From Spirochaetota bacterium (GTDB taxonomy: Bacteria > Spirochaetota > UBA4802 > JAFGDQ01): 64,000 nucleotides of DNA. Positions 21,202-31,291 of this stretch are shown piece after piece; position 1 is the stretch's first letter, and each line of letters opens with the position of its first letter. The stretch lies in NCBI GenBank assembly GCA_043803405.1, contig JAZDKB010000006.1, forward strand, positions 1 to 64,000, written 5' to 3'. Made by a program: the position numbers and the translations under genes. The notes under the pieces were generated by a model, which made no database searches, had not been told where the DNA came from, and saw nothing but the letters and a program-made list of their open reading frames with translations.

Positions 21202-21483
21202 TTATTGAATAATTATTTTTGCAAATAACCTATAGATATATTTTATAGAAAGTAATATGAATATAAATATTAACAAATAAAATACCATAAGATTTGAAAA
21301 TTTCAACATCTTTTTATTATCTGTTTGAAGATTAACAGAAAAAATCCGGTACATAGTCCTCAAAAATTTTGTTATGTATTTTAATTTTATAATTTCAGAT
21401 GTGATATTATCTCTATAATTCATTTCAAAATTAACAGGTACTTTTATAATTTTAAATTTAAACATCGCAATTAAAAATAACAA
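21202..21483 (-). pseudogene. Possible decayed C-terminal fragment of a family-2 glycosyltransferase
   Basis: (NTK)LLFLIAMFKFKIIKVPV resembles GT2 C-terminal 'DxELL..A...GFKI.EVPV'; very AT-rich, no N-terminal domain. Confidence 0.35.
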
Positions 21484-21584
21484 TTTTGTATTATTTTTTT
21501 ACTAAGAATGCGACATTGAATTAAATATTTGACTATTTATTTTTAATTTTTAATATAGATCATCCGGGAAAACAGGAGAAACCG

Positions 21585-22418
21585 ATGACAGAAAAAAAAC
21601 GAATTGCGGGCTATACTCCGCTTCATATTGACGCCACTACGCTGTCGGATGCATGGTTCCAGGCTGTGTACAAATGCATTGAGGCAGGCAGGGACTTTGT
21701 GATCGACCGCGGTTCATTCGCAGGGGATAAAAGGCTGGAGTTCGATTATATTACGATACATATAAAGAAACCCGGCGAAAGACCTCTTCTGCCCCAAATA
21801 CCGTCTCAGTATAATCTTCCGAATCCTGTTGAGGATAATTATCTGAATGATTATCTGCCGTACCTTATGTCGGGTGAGGTGCAGCCCGGAGAATCGTACA
21901 CTTACGGACAAAGGATATGCAAATTCCAGCTTCCGGATAATATAAAATCAATCTGGAATGCATCCGGTAATACGGATATTTTAATACAGGACGAAGCAGT
22001 CTGGAATGATCCGAAAATTATCGCTGAAGAGGACGGCAAAATATTTCTTAATCAAATGGAGCTTATAATCTGGACATATAAAAACAAAGGGTTTAGAAAT
22101 AACCAGATGGTGATGCAAGTTGCCAATTCCTCTGATGTGCTTTTAATCGATCCGCCGTGCCTGCGCTCAATCGACACAAGGATACAGGACAACAAATTAA
22201 ATTTTATCATATATTTCCGCTCATGGGACCTCTGGGGCGGATTCCCGGCGAATCTTGCTGCCATGCAGATGATGAAGGAATACATGGCATCGGAGATAGG
22301 CGTTGAAGACGGAGCGATAATTGCTTCATCCAAAGGACTGCATATCTACAATTACGTATGGGAGCTCGCCGAAATACTGAGAGGCAAGACTATTGAAGAA
22401 TTCCGTAAAGGGGAGTAA
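21585..22418 (+). CDS. thyA: Thymidylate synthase (ThyA, archaeal-like type)
   Basis: YTYGQR, DPPCL catalytic Cys, FRSWDLWGGFPAN, GLHIY; RBS AGGAG. Confidence 0.82.
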   Translation: MTEKKRIAGYTPLHIDATTLSDAWFQAVYKCIEAGRDFVIDRGSFAGDKRLEFDYITIHIKKPGERPLLPQIPSQYNLPNPVEDNYLNDYLPYLMSGEVQPGESYTYGQRICKFQLPDNIKSIWNASGNTDILIQDEAVWNDPKIIAEEDGKIFLNQMELIIWTYKNKGFRNNQMVMQVANSSDVLLIDPPCLRSIDTRIQDNKLNFIIYFRSWDLWGGFPANLAAMQMMKEYMASEIGVEDGAIIASSKGLHIYNYVWELAEILRGKTIEEFRKGE

Positions 22419-22421
22419 CAA

Positions 22422-23459
22422 TCATTTATACCAGAGGTTGTCTTTGTAAATCAAAAAAGGATCCGGAAGGTCGGGTAGTTCGCCCATTCTCCACTTGGGA
22501 CCCTTTTGCTCATTCTCATAATATCCGTAAATATTCTTTAAAAATAAACCCTTTTCAATAAAGGACATTTTTTTGAATTTACTGCCATCGAGCTTGCTTT
22601 TTTTATTCACATCATCATATATTAAAAAAGATGAAACGCTTTTACCCATTGAGAAATCGTATTTTTTCATTCCGTCCCACGGTATACCCGATCCATAACC
22701 CGTTGTAATTGTTTCCGAAGGTTCAACCTTATATGTTGTAGTGCTGAGTCCGCATTTGCGGTATACTGTTTTGTCCATATTCGCGCCGCTGTCTTTATAC
22801 GTATACTCGGTGGTTTCGAATACAGGCGGAACTGTTCCGATTGTGCGCGTAATTTTTACAGGGCGTTCGGTCTTGTCGCGTTCAATTTTTGTTTTATTCT
22901 CTGCGGACATGTTCAGCAACAGCGAGTCTACACTCATGTTTTTCTCGGCTATTTCCGTAAGCCTGTTTCCTGAATTGTAAGTATAATCCCAGTCTGTCTT
23001 TAAATTAAAAACGCCCAGAACGGGATAGCTGCTGTATCCCCTGTATTCAACATGAACAGGCAATCCTTTCTCATTGTATTTTACTGTTTTAACGCTTCTT
23101 AAAATATAGCCATCTTTCTCAACATCTATTTCAATTCCGGACTGGTCCTTTGCCATGCTGGATGAAAACAGGTTCTCGTAATGTTTTGCAACTGCGGTGC
23201 CTGCGAGAATGTTCGGCTTGGGTTTGTTTTTTCCTCCCTTTTTCGGATCAATTACTTCCCAGTATTCGCCCCTGGTTTTTGTGGTTCCGCTGTAAGTATA
23301 TATAATTTTTGATTCCGCTTTGCCGTCTTTCGATATTTCAACTATCTCGGTATTTCCGTTTCGTGTAACTTTTTCCTTTGATTTGGCTGCAAGCAAACAT
23401 ATTGATGATAGGGTAAAAAAAACCGTCGTTATTAATATTGAACTATTTTTAATTTTCAT
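22422..23459 (-). CDS. Secreted hypothetical protein
   Basis: 345-aa ORF with signal peptide; short YD-like segments (YNEKGLPV, YTYNSGNRL). Confidence 0.7.
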   Translation of the reverse strand: MKIKNSSILITTVFFTLSSICLLAAKSKEKVTRNGNTEIVEISKDGKAESKIIYTYSGTTKTRGEYWEVIDPKKGGKNKPKPNILAGTAVAKHYENLFSSSMAKDQSGIEIDVEKDGYILRSVKTVKYNEKGLPVHVEYRGYSSYPVLGVFNLKTDWDYTYNSGNRLTEIAEKNMSVDSLLLNMSAENKTKIERDKTERPVKITRTIGTVPPVFETTEYTYKDSGANMDKTVYRKCGLSTTTYKVEPSETITTGYGSGIPWDGMKKYDFSMGKSVSSFLIYDDVNKKSKLDGSKFKKMSFIEKGLFLKNIYGYYENEQKGPKWRMGELPDLPDPFLIYKDNLWYK

Positions 23460-23546
23460 AAATCCCCCGATTAAAAGACTAATGATTGTTATTTTAATAT
23501 GTGATGTGATCGGATACAGATTCCGGATGTGAATCTGTAAATGTGT

Positions 23547-23714
23547 TTATGCGTATTCGTCGACAACTCCGCCTAATCCTGATTGCTGTTCACTGACGCT
23601 GACTTTTATCATTTTTTCATTTAAAGAACTTTGTGTGTCGTTGATATTTTTTAAAACATTATTCATCTGATTGATTACTAAATCGTCATTTGGCTGCCCT
23701 AATCTTGAAATCAT
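23547..23714 (-). CDS. Small protein (55 aa) with YjfB-like C-terminus
   Basis: AGGAGG RBS; MISRLGQPNDDLVINQMNNVLKNINDTQSSLNEKMIKVSVSEQQSGLGGVVDEYA*; hairpin downstream at 23515-23539. Confidence 0.7.
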   Translation of the reverse strand: MISRLGQPNDDLVINQMNNVLKNINDTQSSLNEKMIKVSVSEQQSGLGGVVDEYA

Positions 23715-23783
23715 TTTGACTTCCTCCTGATACTATTATTCTTACAATAGTATGCTATAAATATCAACAAAAATTTTTTGGTG

Positions 23784-24770
23784 CTAATTATCGCAGGCAA
23801 ATCCCTTTGCAGTGTAATAAATGGCTTTATCAAAAAAGAGGATGATGCGGCGGTCGAGTTCAAGTACTGTGTAAGCGTCAATGGCGCGCTCCCACACGCC
23901 CTTGTCTATTGCAAAAGTAACTACATGTTTGCGAAGCAGGGAAAGAGAGCTTATTACTTCGTAAAGACCGAACCCATGCTCCCTGCGTTCTTTGCCAAGC
24001 TGTGTGTAAAAATCTTTTATTGCTTTGTCATCAGGGACACCCGACAGCCAGCCGTAAAACTGTGAAATTGCGGTGAATGCGCGCTCGTGCAGTTCAGCCT
24101 GTTCCATTTTTCCGTATGTCGATGTAGTCGGATTACTGCGTACATCTTTCAGCCACAGACCGGTGATCTCCTCCGCATGATCGCGAATGAACGCGACAAG
24201 AGCATCCGAAAGCATACTCTGCCCGCTGCTCCCTTTTTGCATGTGCTTAAAGGAATCCTGTATTGCCCAGTCCTCTTTGTGTATGCTGATGCAGTAACGT
24301 ATTGCATAGTCATTAGGCTCGAAAGCGAGCGGGGGCAGCGCATCGAGCGAAAAATAACCGAGCTCTTCAGCATCGTCTCCTGCTTTTTCGGCTCCTCCTG
24401 TTTTTACAGCCTCGAATGTAGCGACTAACAGATCGCCGTAAGGCTCAATTACAGTCGATCTGACGGCAATCAGCCTGCTGATCTCCCCGTGTATGCCTGT
24501 TTCCTCATCAAGCTCCCGGAGGCAGGCTTGGGCAATACTTTCGTTAAGTTCGGCAAAGCCCATCGGAAGGCACCACATTCCTTTGCGGGGTTCGTTTTTG
24601 CGTTTAACGAGCAACACCTCACGGTTGCGGTTAAGCACAATAACAGCGGCCACGGGCAGGGGATTGCGGTAGAATATCATGCCGCAGTCTGAGCAAACCT
24701 CGCGTTCCCTGCCTTCAATTTTACGCACTTCGATATTGTGCCCGCACTGGCTGCAGTATCTGGAGATCAT
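23784..24770 (-). CDS. Zn-ribbon NUDIX hydrolase fused to an RsbRD-N-like (globin-fold) domain
   Basis: CSQCG/CSDCG ribbon; Nudix box GFAELNESIAQACLRELDEETG; C-term IRDHAEEITGLW..LGKERREHGF.L.EV. Confidence 0.8.
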   Translation of the reverse strand: MISRYCSQCGHNIEVRKIEGREREVCSDCGMIFYRNPLPVAAVIVLNRNREVLLVKRKNEPRKGMWCLPMGFAELNESIAQACLRELDEETGIHGEISRLIAVRSTVIEPYGDLLVATFEAVKTGGAEKAGDDAEELGYFSLDALPPLAFEPNDYAIRYCISIHKEDWAIQDSFKHMQKGSSGQSMLSDALVAFIRDHAEEITGLWLKDVRSNPTTSTYGKMEQAELHERAFTAISQFYGWLSGVPDDKAIKDFYTQLGKERREHGFGLYEVISSLSLLRKHVVTFAIDKGVWERAIDAYTVLELDRRIILFFDKAIYYTAKGFACDN

Positions 24771-25570
24771 TGACATACAGGTCCTCTGCACCGGAAGATC
24801 GCATCATGTTTTTCCACGATCACTTTTCCTTTTTCGGACAGACTGTTTTCAATTTTTTGTTCCATGTCGGCCGGAAGTTCACCGGAATTTCCGGCATCTT
24901 CCCTGAGCAAAGGGAGTTTAAACCTAATATATTCCTTCAATAAATCCACATGCGAAGATTCGAAATGCAGGCTGTTGCTGTAATCCAGTTTTTCAATGGT
25001 AGCAAAATACGGGGACAGTTTTTCACGGCCGTTTTCTGCTGAGAATTGCTTTATAAGACCGGCTAAGATGGATTTCTCTTCTTTTAACCCTGCTGCCTCG
25101 TACAGCCCTTTGAAAGATGTTTTGCTGTGAGTAATCGCGATAAAAGTCCCGTTTTGACGCAATACCCTTGCTATTTCCTTTATTATGCCGGAAAAAAAAT
25201 ATAACGAATAAGTACAGACAATAAGATCGAAACTTTCATTTATATATGGAAGCTCCTTATCGATAGTAAAATTTTCGAACAAGCCCACGGAACCGTGTTC
25301 GCTTACGGTTTTTATAAATGCCTGCCTGTTCTCTTCGCGTGCGTCAACTCCTGTAATCCGGGTGTCTTTCCCGGCCATTGAAGCGATCATCTCTGACATG
25401 AATCCGAACCCGCAGCCGAGATCAAGTACATCGTGAGCGGAGGCCATGTTCACGCGTGAGAGTGCGACGTTCCGTATGTCTATTTTATTTGCTGACAGAC
25501 GCTTAATTATATCCGTTGTTGCGGCATGCCTGGCAGGGTCGGAATATGGGGAAAGTATTTTATCATTCAT
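24767..25570 (-). CDS. Class I SAM-dependent methyltransferase
   Basis: VLDLGCGFG, LPY..ESFDLIVC, EIARVLRQNG; ATGA overlap with the NUDIX gene. Confidence 0.85.
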   Translation of the reverse strand: MNDKILSPYSDPARHAATTDIIKRLSANKIDIRNVALSRVNMASAHDVLDLGCGFGFMSEMIASMAGKDTRITGVDAREENRQAFIKTVSEHGSVGLFENFTIDKELPYINESFDLIVCTYSLYFFSGIIKEIARVLRQNGTFIAITHSKTSFKGLYEAAGLKEEKSILAGLIKQFSAENGREKLSPYFATIEKLDYSNSLHFESSHVDLLKEYIRFKLPLLREDAGNSGELPADMEQKIENSLSEKGKVIVEKHDAIFRCRGPVCQ

Positions 25571-25795
25571 TGTTATTTCCGGTACTGGTATTCTTATAAA
25601 AGAACTTGGTAATAAATGCAATATAAATTTATCTATTTATATTATAAATATAATATTTTTTTTAACAAATTCAATTGACAGCTTTGATTTTTGTCATTAG
25701 TAATAAATTTTCAGTATATATGGAATATAAAGCAGCTTTTATGCTGAAAATAACAGATAATCAGTAAAACAGGATTAACAAGCATGGAGGATGAT

Positions 25796-27172
25796 ATGAC
25801 AGCCGGAGCCCTTGTGTTTCTCGGAATATGCATAATAACAGCTTCGTTTATAATTATTTCAATACGCGCTTTTCAGATGAATCCCGCACTCGTAAAAAAG
25901 ATCTTTAAATATATGATAATAGTCGCAATAGCTGCAGGCTTTAGTATTGCTTCGGTCGCGATAGGTTTCAGACTGAGCGAGAGGAACACATCGTCATTAT
26001 CAAAAAGCTTCCGATCTGTATCCGAGATATGGGGAGGCGAGATGGTGCAGGGATTGCCTTCGTTCCAGACCGAGTCAATAATTACAGAGCAGTATATTGT
26101 AGAGAAAACAGGCCAGTACGCGAACAGGCAAAAGAATGTTTACAACTCATTCGGATTTAAATCACACAGGGCGGAAATATCCATAAAATCAAACATCCGT
26201 CAAAAGGGTTTGCTTAAGTTCGCGGGATACAACATGAAGTTTAAGGGAATATACGAATGCGAGAATACGGATTCCGCTTCAAATACATTTTATTTTACTT
26301 TTCCTCTTCCCGAGAATGCAGGGAATATTTCCGATATGAAAGTAATATTCAACGGCAAAGATTTTAAAGGAGATACTGACCTTGCAGACGGAGTGGACTG
26401 GTACGGCCTTCTGGCTCCCGGACAGAAAATATCCTTCGAGATTTCCTATGCTGCTCAGGGCACTGGCAGCTTCCGTTACGGCAAGGCAAGGGCGGTAAAG
26501 TATAACGATCACCAGTCTGCGGATTACCAGGCACAGAACGTACATAAGAGCGTAAATAAAATCGAGATAGGGAGTTTCGATACAAAGCTGGAAACTGACT
26601 TTAAGGATATTACAGTGCTGGACGGCACAATGGCGCCTGCTGAAAATAACTCTGATTCTGCAGGCACTGTTGTCAAGTGGCGTGCGTCAAAACTTATTCT
26701 GGATCAGGACATCGGGCTTAAGTTCGAGATATCCGCTAACTACGGGGTTCTGTTCTCAAAAATATTTTTCTATGCCCCGCTTACTATATTTCTGTTCCTT
26801 GCATTTTTGCTGATTTTTACTGCTTCAAAAAGCATAGTACTTCATCCGATGCATTATATATTTATAATAGCAGGATTTTTTGTATTCTATCTTCTTGGAT
26901 CATACGCAGTGACTTACATGCATATCTTTGCCGCAATCGTATTGTCGCTGGTTATATCCTCAGTAATAACATGGTATTATACGCGCGCGATCGGGAAGGG
27001 TCGCGAACTGGAGAAGATTGCCGGTCTTTGCCTTGCCGTTTTTCAGTGGTTTTTTTCAGCAGCTTTCTTTTTCCCTGAACATACCGGAATGCTTATCACG
27101 CTGGCTTCAATAGCAGCTCTTATTGTGCTTATGAAGATCACTGCTAGCACAGACTGGGAGAATAAGTGGTAA
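25796..27172 (+). CDS. CreD-like inner membrane protein
   Basis: Two N-term TMs, SEIWGG, large periplasmic domain, C-term TM bundle with LHPMHY; ATG 25796 after GGAGG. Confidence 0.65.
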   Translation: MTAGALVFLGICIITASFIIISIRAFQMNPALVKKIFKYMIIVAIAAGFSIASVAIGFRLSERNTSSLSKSFRSVSEIWGGEMVQGLPSFQTESIITEQYIVEKTGQYANRQKNVYNSFGFKSHRAEISIKSNIRQKGLLKFAGYNMKFKGIYECENTDSASNTFYFTFPLPENAGNISDMKVIFNGKDFKGDTDLADGVDWYGLLAPGQKISFEISYAAQGTGSFRYGKARAVKYNDHQSADYQAQNVHKSVNKIEIGSFDTKLETDFKDITVLDGTMAPAENNSDSAGTVVKWRASKLILDQDIGLKFEISANYGVLFSKIFFYAPLTIFLFLAFLLIFTASKSIVLHPMHYIFIIAGFFVFYLLGSYAVTYMHIFAAIVLSLVISSVITWYYTRAIGKGRELEKIAGLCLAVFQWFFSAAFFFPEHTGMLITLASIAALIVLMKITASTDWENKW

Positions 27173-27205
27173 ACCTGTTATCTTCACGGGGAAATAACGC
27201 TGTAA

Positions 27206-27460
27206 CTAACCGTGCTTGATCTTCATAATGAGTATATATATGGAGAGAAGCAGGGTAACAGCGTTTGCCAGGATGATGGAGATTGCCTGAATCTTGATGC
27301 CGTAGGTTGTCCATAGACACAATCCTACAATTAAAACAAAATATGTAGTGGCCGACAGATCGGCTGTTCTTTTTGTTTTGTAAACCTTATAAGCCTGCGG
27401 GATAAACGAACCTGTTGTTGCGATCCCGGCTATTATCCCTATCAATTCGCAGTTATCCAT
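27206..27460 (-). CDS. SemiSWEET (PQ-loop) sugar transporter
   Basis: 84 aa, TGSFIPQAYK, DLS, LWTTYG, ILAN. Confidence 0.88.
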   Translation of the reverse strand: MDNCELIGIIAGIATTGSFIPQAYKVYKTKRTADLSATTYFVLIVGLCLWTTYGIKIQAISIILANAVTLLLSIYILIMKIKHG

Positions 27461-27474
27461 TTAAGCACCTGTTA

Positions 27475-27624
27475 TTATGTTAAGTAATACCCGGCAATGC
27501 CGATAAATGTTCCCAGTATAATTGCATTTAAGGCTATGGCAGGGGCAGCTTTTTTATCCTGTTCTGAGACAATAATAATAACCGGCAGAGCCAATGCAAG
27601 AGAAATAATACTGCTTAAAGTCAA
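27475..27624 (-). pseudogene. 49-codon two-TM ORF, probably a 5'-truncated membrane-protein gene
   Basis: TTG-start LTLSSIISLALALPVIIIVSEQDKKAAPAIALNAIILGTFIGIAGYYLT*; no RBS, in-frame stop immediately upstream. Confidence 0.4.
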
Positions 27625-27727
27625 TTAAATTTAAGTGTAAAATATTTGACTAAACGATTGTAAATTATAAAGTAATATTTTTAATAAACAATAATTTATT
27701 TATTATATTGAAATAGACCAATCAATA

Positions 27728-30700
27728 ATGAACACACAATACTTTGATCTTGTAAATTCGCCGCTTAAAGGCACAAACCTTATTGAAGCAAGCGCAGGCA
27801 CAGGAAAAACCTACATTATTGCAGGGCTTTTTCTGCGGCTGATACTGGAGAAGGGAATTCCCGCGGACAGTATACTGACCGTAACATTTACCGAAGCAGC
27901 AACCGAGGAGCTTCGCTACAGAATACGGGAGCGGCTAAAGGACGCATTTAACGCACTGGCCGGCGGCGGAAACTTATCCGGCAACGATGAGCTGTCAACT
28001 CACATAGCCGTCAAATACAAAAAAAGCGAAACAGCGCTTTGGCGGCTCAGGGACGCGCTTACGCGCTTTGATGAGTCTTCGATCTGCACAATACACGGCT
28101 TCTGCAAAAGAATGCTTTTTGAGAACGCGTTCGAGAGCAGTTCGCTTTTCGATGCGGAGCTTGTTACGGATCAGACGAATCTCATCAGGGAAATCATCGA
28201 CGATTTCTGGCGGAAGAATTTTTATTCCGCTTCGAAGATGTTTCTTCAATACATTATTAACAAGAATATAAATGTATCTTATTTTTATAATTTAAATAAA
28301 TATTTTTCAATAGATCCTTCCTTCGAAATTATCCCGAAAATAAAAAAACCCGACACGGCAAAACCGGAAGCGCAGTTGTTTAAAGCGTTTAAAAAGCTGC
28401 AAAAAGAATGGCATACAAATAAAAAAATTATTGAAGATATTTTTACGGCCAGCAGGGAACTGTCCGGCACAAAATACGGAAGAAAGGCCGTAAACTGGAT
28501 CATTGAAATGGATGATTATTTATCTTCGGATAATCCAGTTGCAATATTTGAAAAGTTCTGGAAATTCACCGCATCTTCAGTCAATGATTCGGTTAATAAG
28601 GGATTCAGTGCCCCTCAAAATATTTTTTTTAATCAATGTGAAGATTTCCTGCAGATACATAATGAAGCAATAGCAGCTTACGATCAATATAGAATTTTTC
28701 TTGAGTCGGAATTATTCGGGTTTGTTAAATCCGAGGCAAATAATAAAAAGCATAAGCTTAATATTGTTACTTTCGATGATCTTCTTCTTAATGCGTATGC
28801 GGCTATCGGGCAGGGGAAGAACAGCGCCCTGGCAAAGGCAGCCAGGGAAAGATATAAGGCTGCTCTTGTTGATGAATTCCAGGATACCGATCCTGTCCAG
28901 TACGGGATTTTAAATTCGATCTTCGGCAGCGGCAGCATTCTTTTTCTGATAGGGGATCCGAAGCAGTCCATATACAAATTCCGCGGTGCGGATATTTTCG
29001 CTTACCTGAAGGCGTCCGGGAATATAAAGTCGCGGTATACCCTTGAATCGAACTGGCGCTCCAGCCCGGAGCTGATCAGGGCCGTCAATACTGTTTTCGG
29101 AAACAGGCAAAGGCCCTTTGTTTTCCGGGACATTGATTTTAATCCTGTAAAGCCGGGTAATCCGGAGGAGCAAAGCGCCCCGCAATCTTCCTTTAATATT
29201 TGTTTGATCGGTAAGGACAATGGCAATAAAAAAGATGGGCTAATAACAAAGGGCAGGGCTTCGGGCTTAGTAGCGAACTCTGTTGCCGGCGAGATATTCA
29301 ATCTTGTAACTGAAGGAGAAAAGAACGTCGGCACAGTTCGTCCCGGAGATATTGCAGTTCTGGTTCGCAAGAATATCCAGTCAAGATTGATCCAGAGAGA
29401 ATTACGGAAGTTCGGTATTCCCGGCGTTATATACGGCTCCGAGAGCGTATTCGCTTCCAGGGAAGCGATAGAGACGGAGAGGGTGATCGCGTGCGCCTGT
29501 AATCCTGGAGATGAAAGGCTGCTTAAAGCTGCTCTTACAACAAGCATGACAGGGCTTAACGGCAATGACATATTCGCTCTCGCGGAAAATGAAACAGCAG
29601 CCGAGGCATATATCAACAAATTTTACGCATACCACGATCTGTGGGAAGGCCGCGGATTTTTCCGCATGTTTATGCGCTTTATTGAAAGTGAAAGAGTCCG
29701 GGAGCGGCTTCTATCTTACATTGACGGCGAACGCCGCATGACAAACCTTATGCATCTTGCGGAGCTTTTGCACACAGCCGAAAGCGAAAACAAGCTCGGT
29801 ATGGAGGAGCTTGTTCAATGGCTAAAGGAGAAAATTGTTCTTGCCGATGAATCCGCGGAATACGAGGTAAGGCTGGAGTCCGACGACAATGCTGTTAATA
29901 TCATAACGATTCATAGAAGCAAGGGGCTGGAATTTCCTGTAACATTCTGTCCTTTCCTGTGGGACAGTTCGGAATTCGATAATAAAAAGCTCCCGCTGTT
30001 CCATTATCATAATAATAACCTGACCCTTGACCTGGCTGCTGATGAGAAAAACAAAAGCCTGGCCGAGACCGAAGAGCTGGCTGAGAATACGCGGCTTCTA
30101 TACGTGGCGCTTACAAGGGCAAAGCATAGTGCTTATTTTTACTGGGGCAAGATCAATGAGACTGAGACATCGGCGACTGCATATCTTTTTCATAATAAAG
30201 ATAAGGATTTATCCCTGCCTGTAAGCGGGCTCAAGAAAAATGCGAAGCTCCAGAACTATGAATCAATGATGGAGGATATAAGCGAACTCGCAAAAGCATC
30301 GGATGGTGCAATACGCGTAATGGATCTTCCGCAGTATGAATACTGTCGCCGGGCTGCATCCGGCAGTTCACTAAATGAGGTGAACTGCAGAGCTTTTTCA
30401 GGAAGCATAAAAAACGACTGGAAAATTTCAAGCTTCTCATTTTTAACTCATGATACAAAAGAAAATTCAGAATCTCCGGATCACGACCACGTCGACAACA
30501 TGTATGCGTCCGGTCAGATACGGAATGATAAGGATAGAAATATTTTTTCTTTTCCGAAGGGCGCAATTGCAGGCACATGCATACACGAGATATTTGAAAA
30601 AATCGATTTTGCGTATGCGAAAGAGGAACCTTCGAAAAAAATTATAACTGAAACGCTTGTTAAGTACGGCATAGATGAAGACTGGCGTGACATTTTGTCC

Positions 30701-31291
30701 ATTATGGCAAACGCTGTTCTGACTACTCCTCTTTCCCGCAGCGATTCTGATTTTATGTTAAAAAATATTCAGCAGGACGAACGGCTAAGCGAACTTGAGT
30801 TTTTCTTTCCACTGGATTTGATTAGTTCAAAAGGACTTGCAGAGGTATTCCTCAGTACCGGAATTGTTTCCGATAATAATTTTATCGCTTCTTTGGAAAT
30901 GCTCCGATTTAAACCACATAAGGGATTTGTCAAAGGCTATATTGATCTTGTCTTTCAGCATAAAGAAAAGTATTATATTGTGGACTGGAAGTCGAATCAT
31001 CTGGGGAATAATATTGAGGATTATTCAGGCGAAGCAATTAAGTCTGCGATGGAAAAGAATTATTATATTTTACAGTATTATATTTATGCCGTTGCGCTTC
31101 ACAGGTATTTACTTTCGAGAAAAAGCGGGTATAATTACAATAAGCATTTCGGCGGCATATTTTATATGTTCGTCCGCGGCGCGGATATCCGGCAACCGAT
31201 GTCCGGGATGTATTTTGATATGCCTTCAATAGAAACAATTAACTCTCTCAGCAATTATTTTTCTGCTTCTGTGATGGAGGCAGCACTGTGA
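27728..31291 (+). CDS. recB: Exodeoxyribonuclease V beta subunit RecB
   Basis: LIEASAGTGKT, VTFTEAATEEL, DEFQDTD, IGDPKQSIY.FRGAD, TIHRSKGLEF, nuclease GYIDLVF..YIVDWKSN. Confidence 0.95.
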   Translation: MNTQYFDLVNSPLKGTNLIEASAGTGKTYIIAGLFLRLILEKGIPADSILTVTFTEAATEELRYRIRERLKDAFNALAGGGNLSGNDELSTHIAVKYKKSETALWRLRDALTRFDESSICTIHGFCKRMLFENAFESSSLFDAELVTDQTNLIREIIDDFWRKNFYSASKMFLQYIINKNINVSYFYNLNKYFSIDPSFEIIPKIKKPDTAKPEAQLFKAFKKLQKEWHTNKKIIEDIFTASRELSGTKYGRKAVNWIIEMDDYLSSDNPVAIFEKFWKFTASSVNDSVNKGFSAPQNIFFNQCEDFLQIHNEAIAAYDQYRIFLESELFGFVKSEANNKKHKLNIVTFDDLLLNAYAAIGQGKNSALAKAARERYKAALVDEFQDTDPVQYGILNSIFGSGSILFLIGDPKQSIYKFRGADIFAYLKASGNIKSRYTLESNWRSSPELIRAVNTVFGNRQRPFVFRDIDFNPVKPGNPEEQSAPQSSFNICLIGKDNGNKKDGLITKGRASGLVANSVAGEIFNLVTEGEKNVGTVRPGDIAVLVRKNIQSRLIQRELRKFGIPGVIYGSESVFASREAIETERVIACACNPGDERLLKAALTTSMTGLNGNDIFALAENETAAEAYINKFYAYHDLWEGRGFFRMFMRFIESERVRERLLSYIDGERRMTNLMHLAELLHTAESENKLGMEELVQWLKEKIVLADESAEYEVRLESDDNAVNIITIHRSKGLEFPVTFCPFLWDSSEFDNKKLPLFHYHNNNLTLDLAADEKNKSLAETEELAENTRLLYVALTRAKHSAYFYWGKINETETSATAYLFHNKDKDLSLPVSGLKKNAKLQNYESMMEDISELAKASDGAIRVMDLPQYEYCRRAASGSSLNEVNCRAFSGSIKNDWKISSFSFLTHDTKENSESPDHDHVDNMYASGQIRNDKDRNIFSFPKGAIAGTCIHEIFEKIDFAYAKEEPSKKIITETLVKYGIDEDWRDILSIMANAVLTTPLSRSDSDFMLKNIQQDERLSELEFFFPLDLISSKGLAEVFLSTGIVSDNNFIASLEMLRFKPHKGFVKGYIDLVFQHKEKYYIVDWKSNHLGNNIEDYSGEAIKSAMEKNYYILQYYIYAVALHRYLLSRKSGYNYNKHFGGIFYMFVRGADIRQPMSGMYFDMPSIETINSLSNYFSASVMEAAL

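Noticed and set aside
21585..22418. Phage-type pyrimidine hydroxymethylase (DNA hypermodification)
   Set aside because: Keeps the dUMP-specifying Asn (GFPAN) and has no phage or modification context; ThyA is the simpler call.
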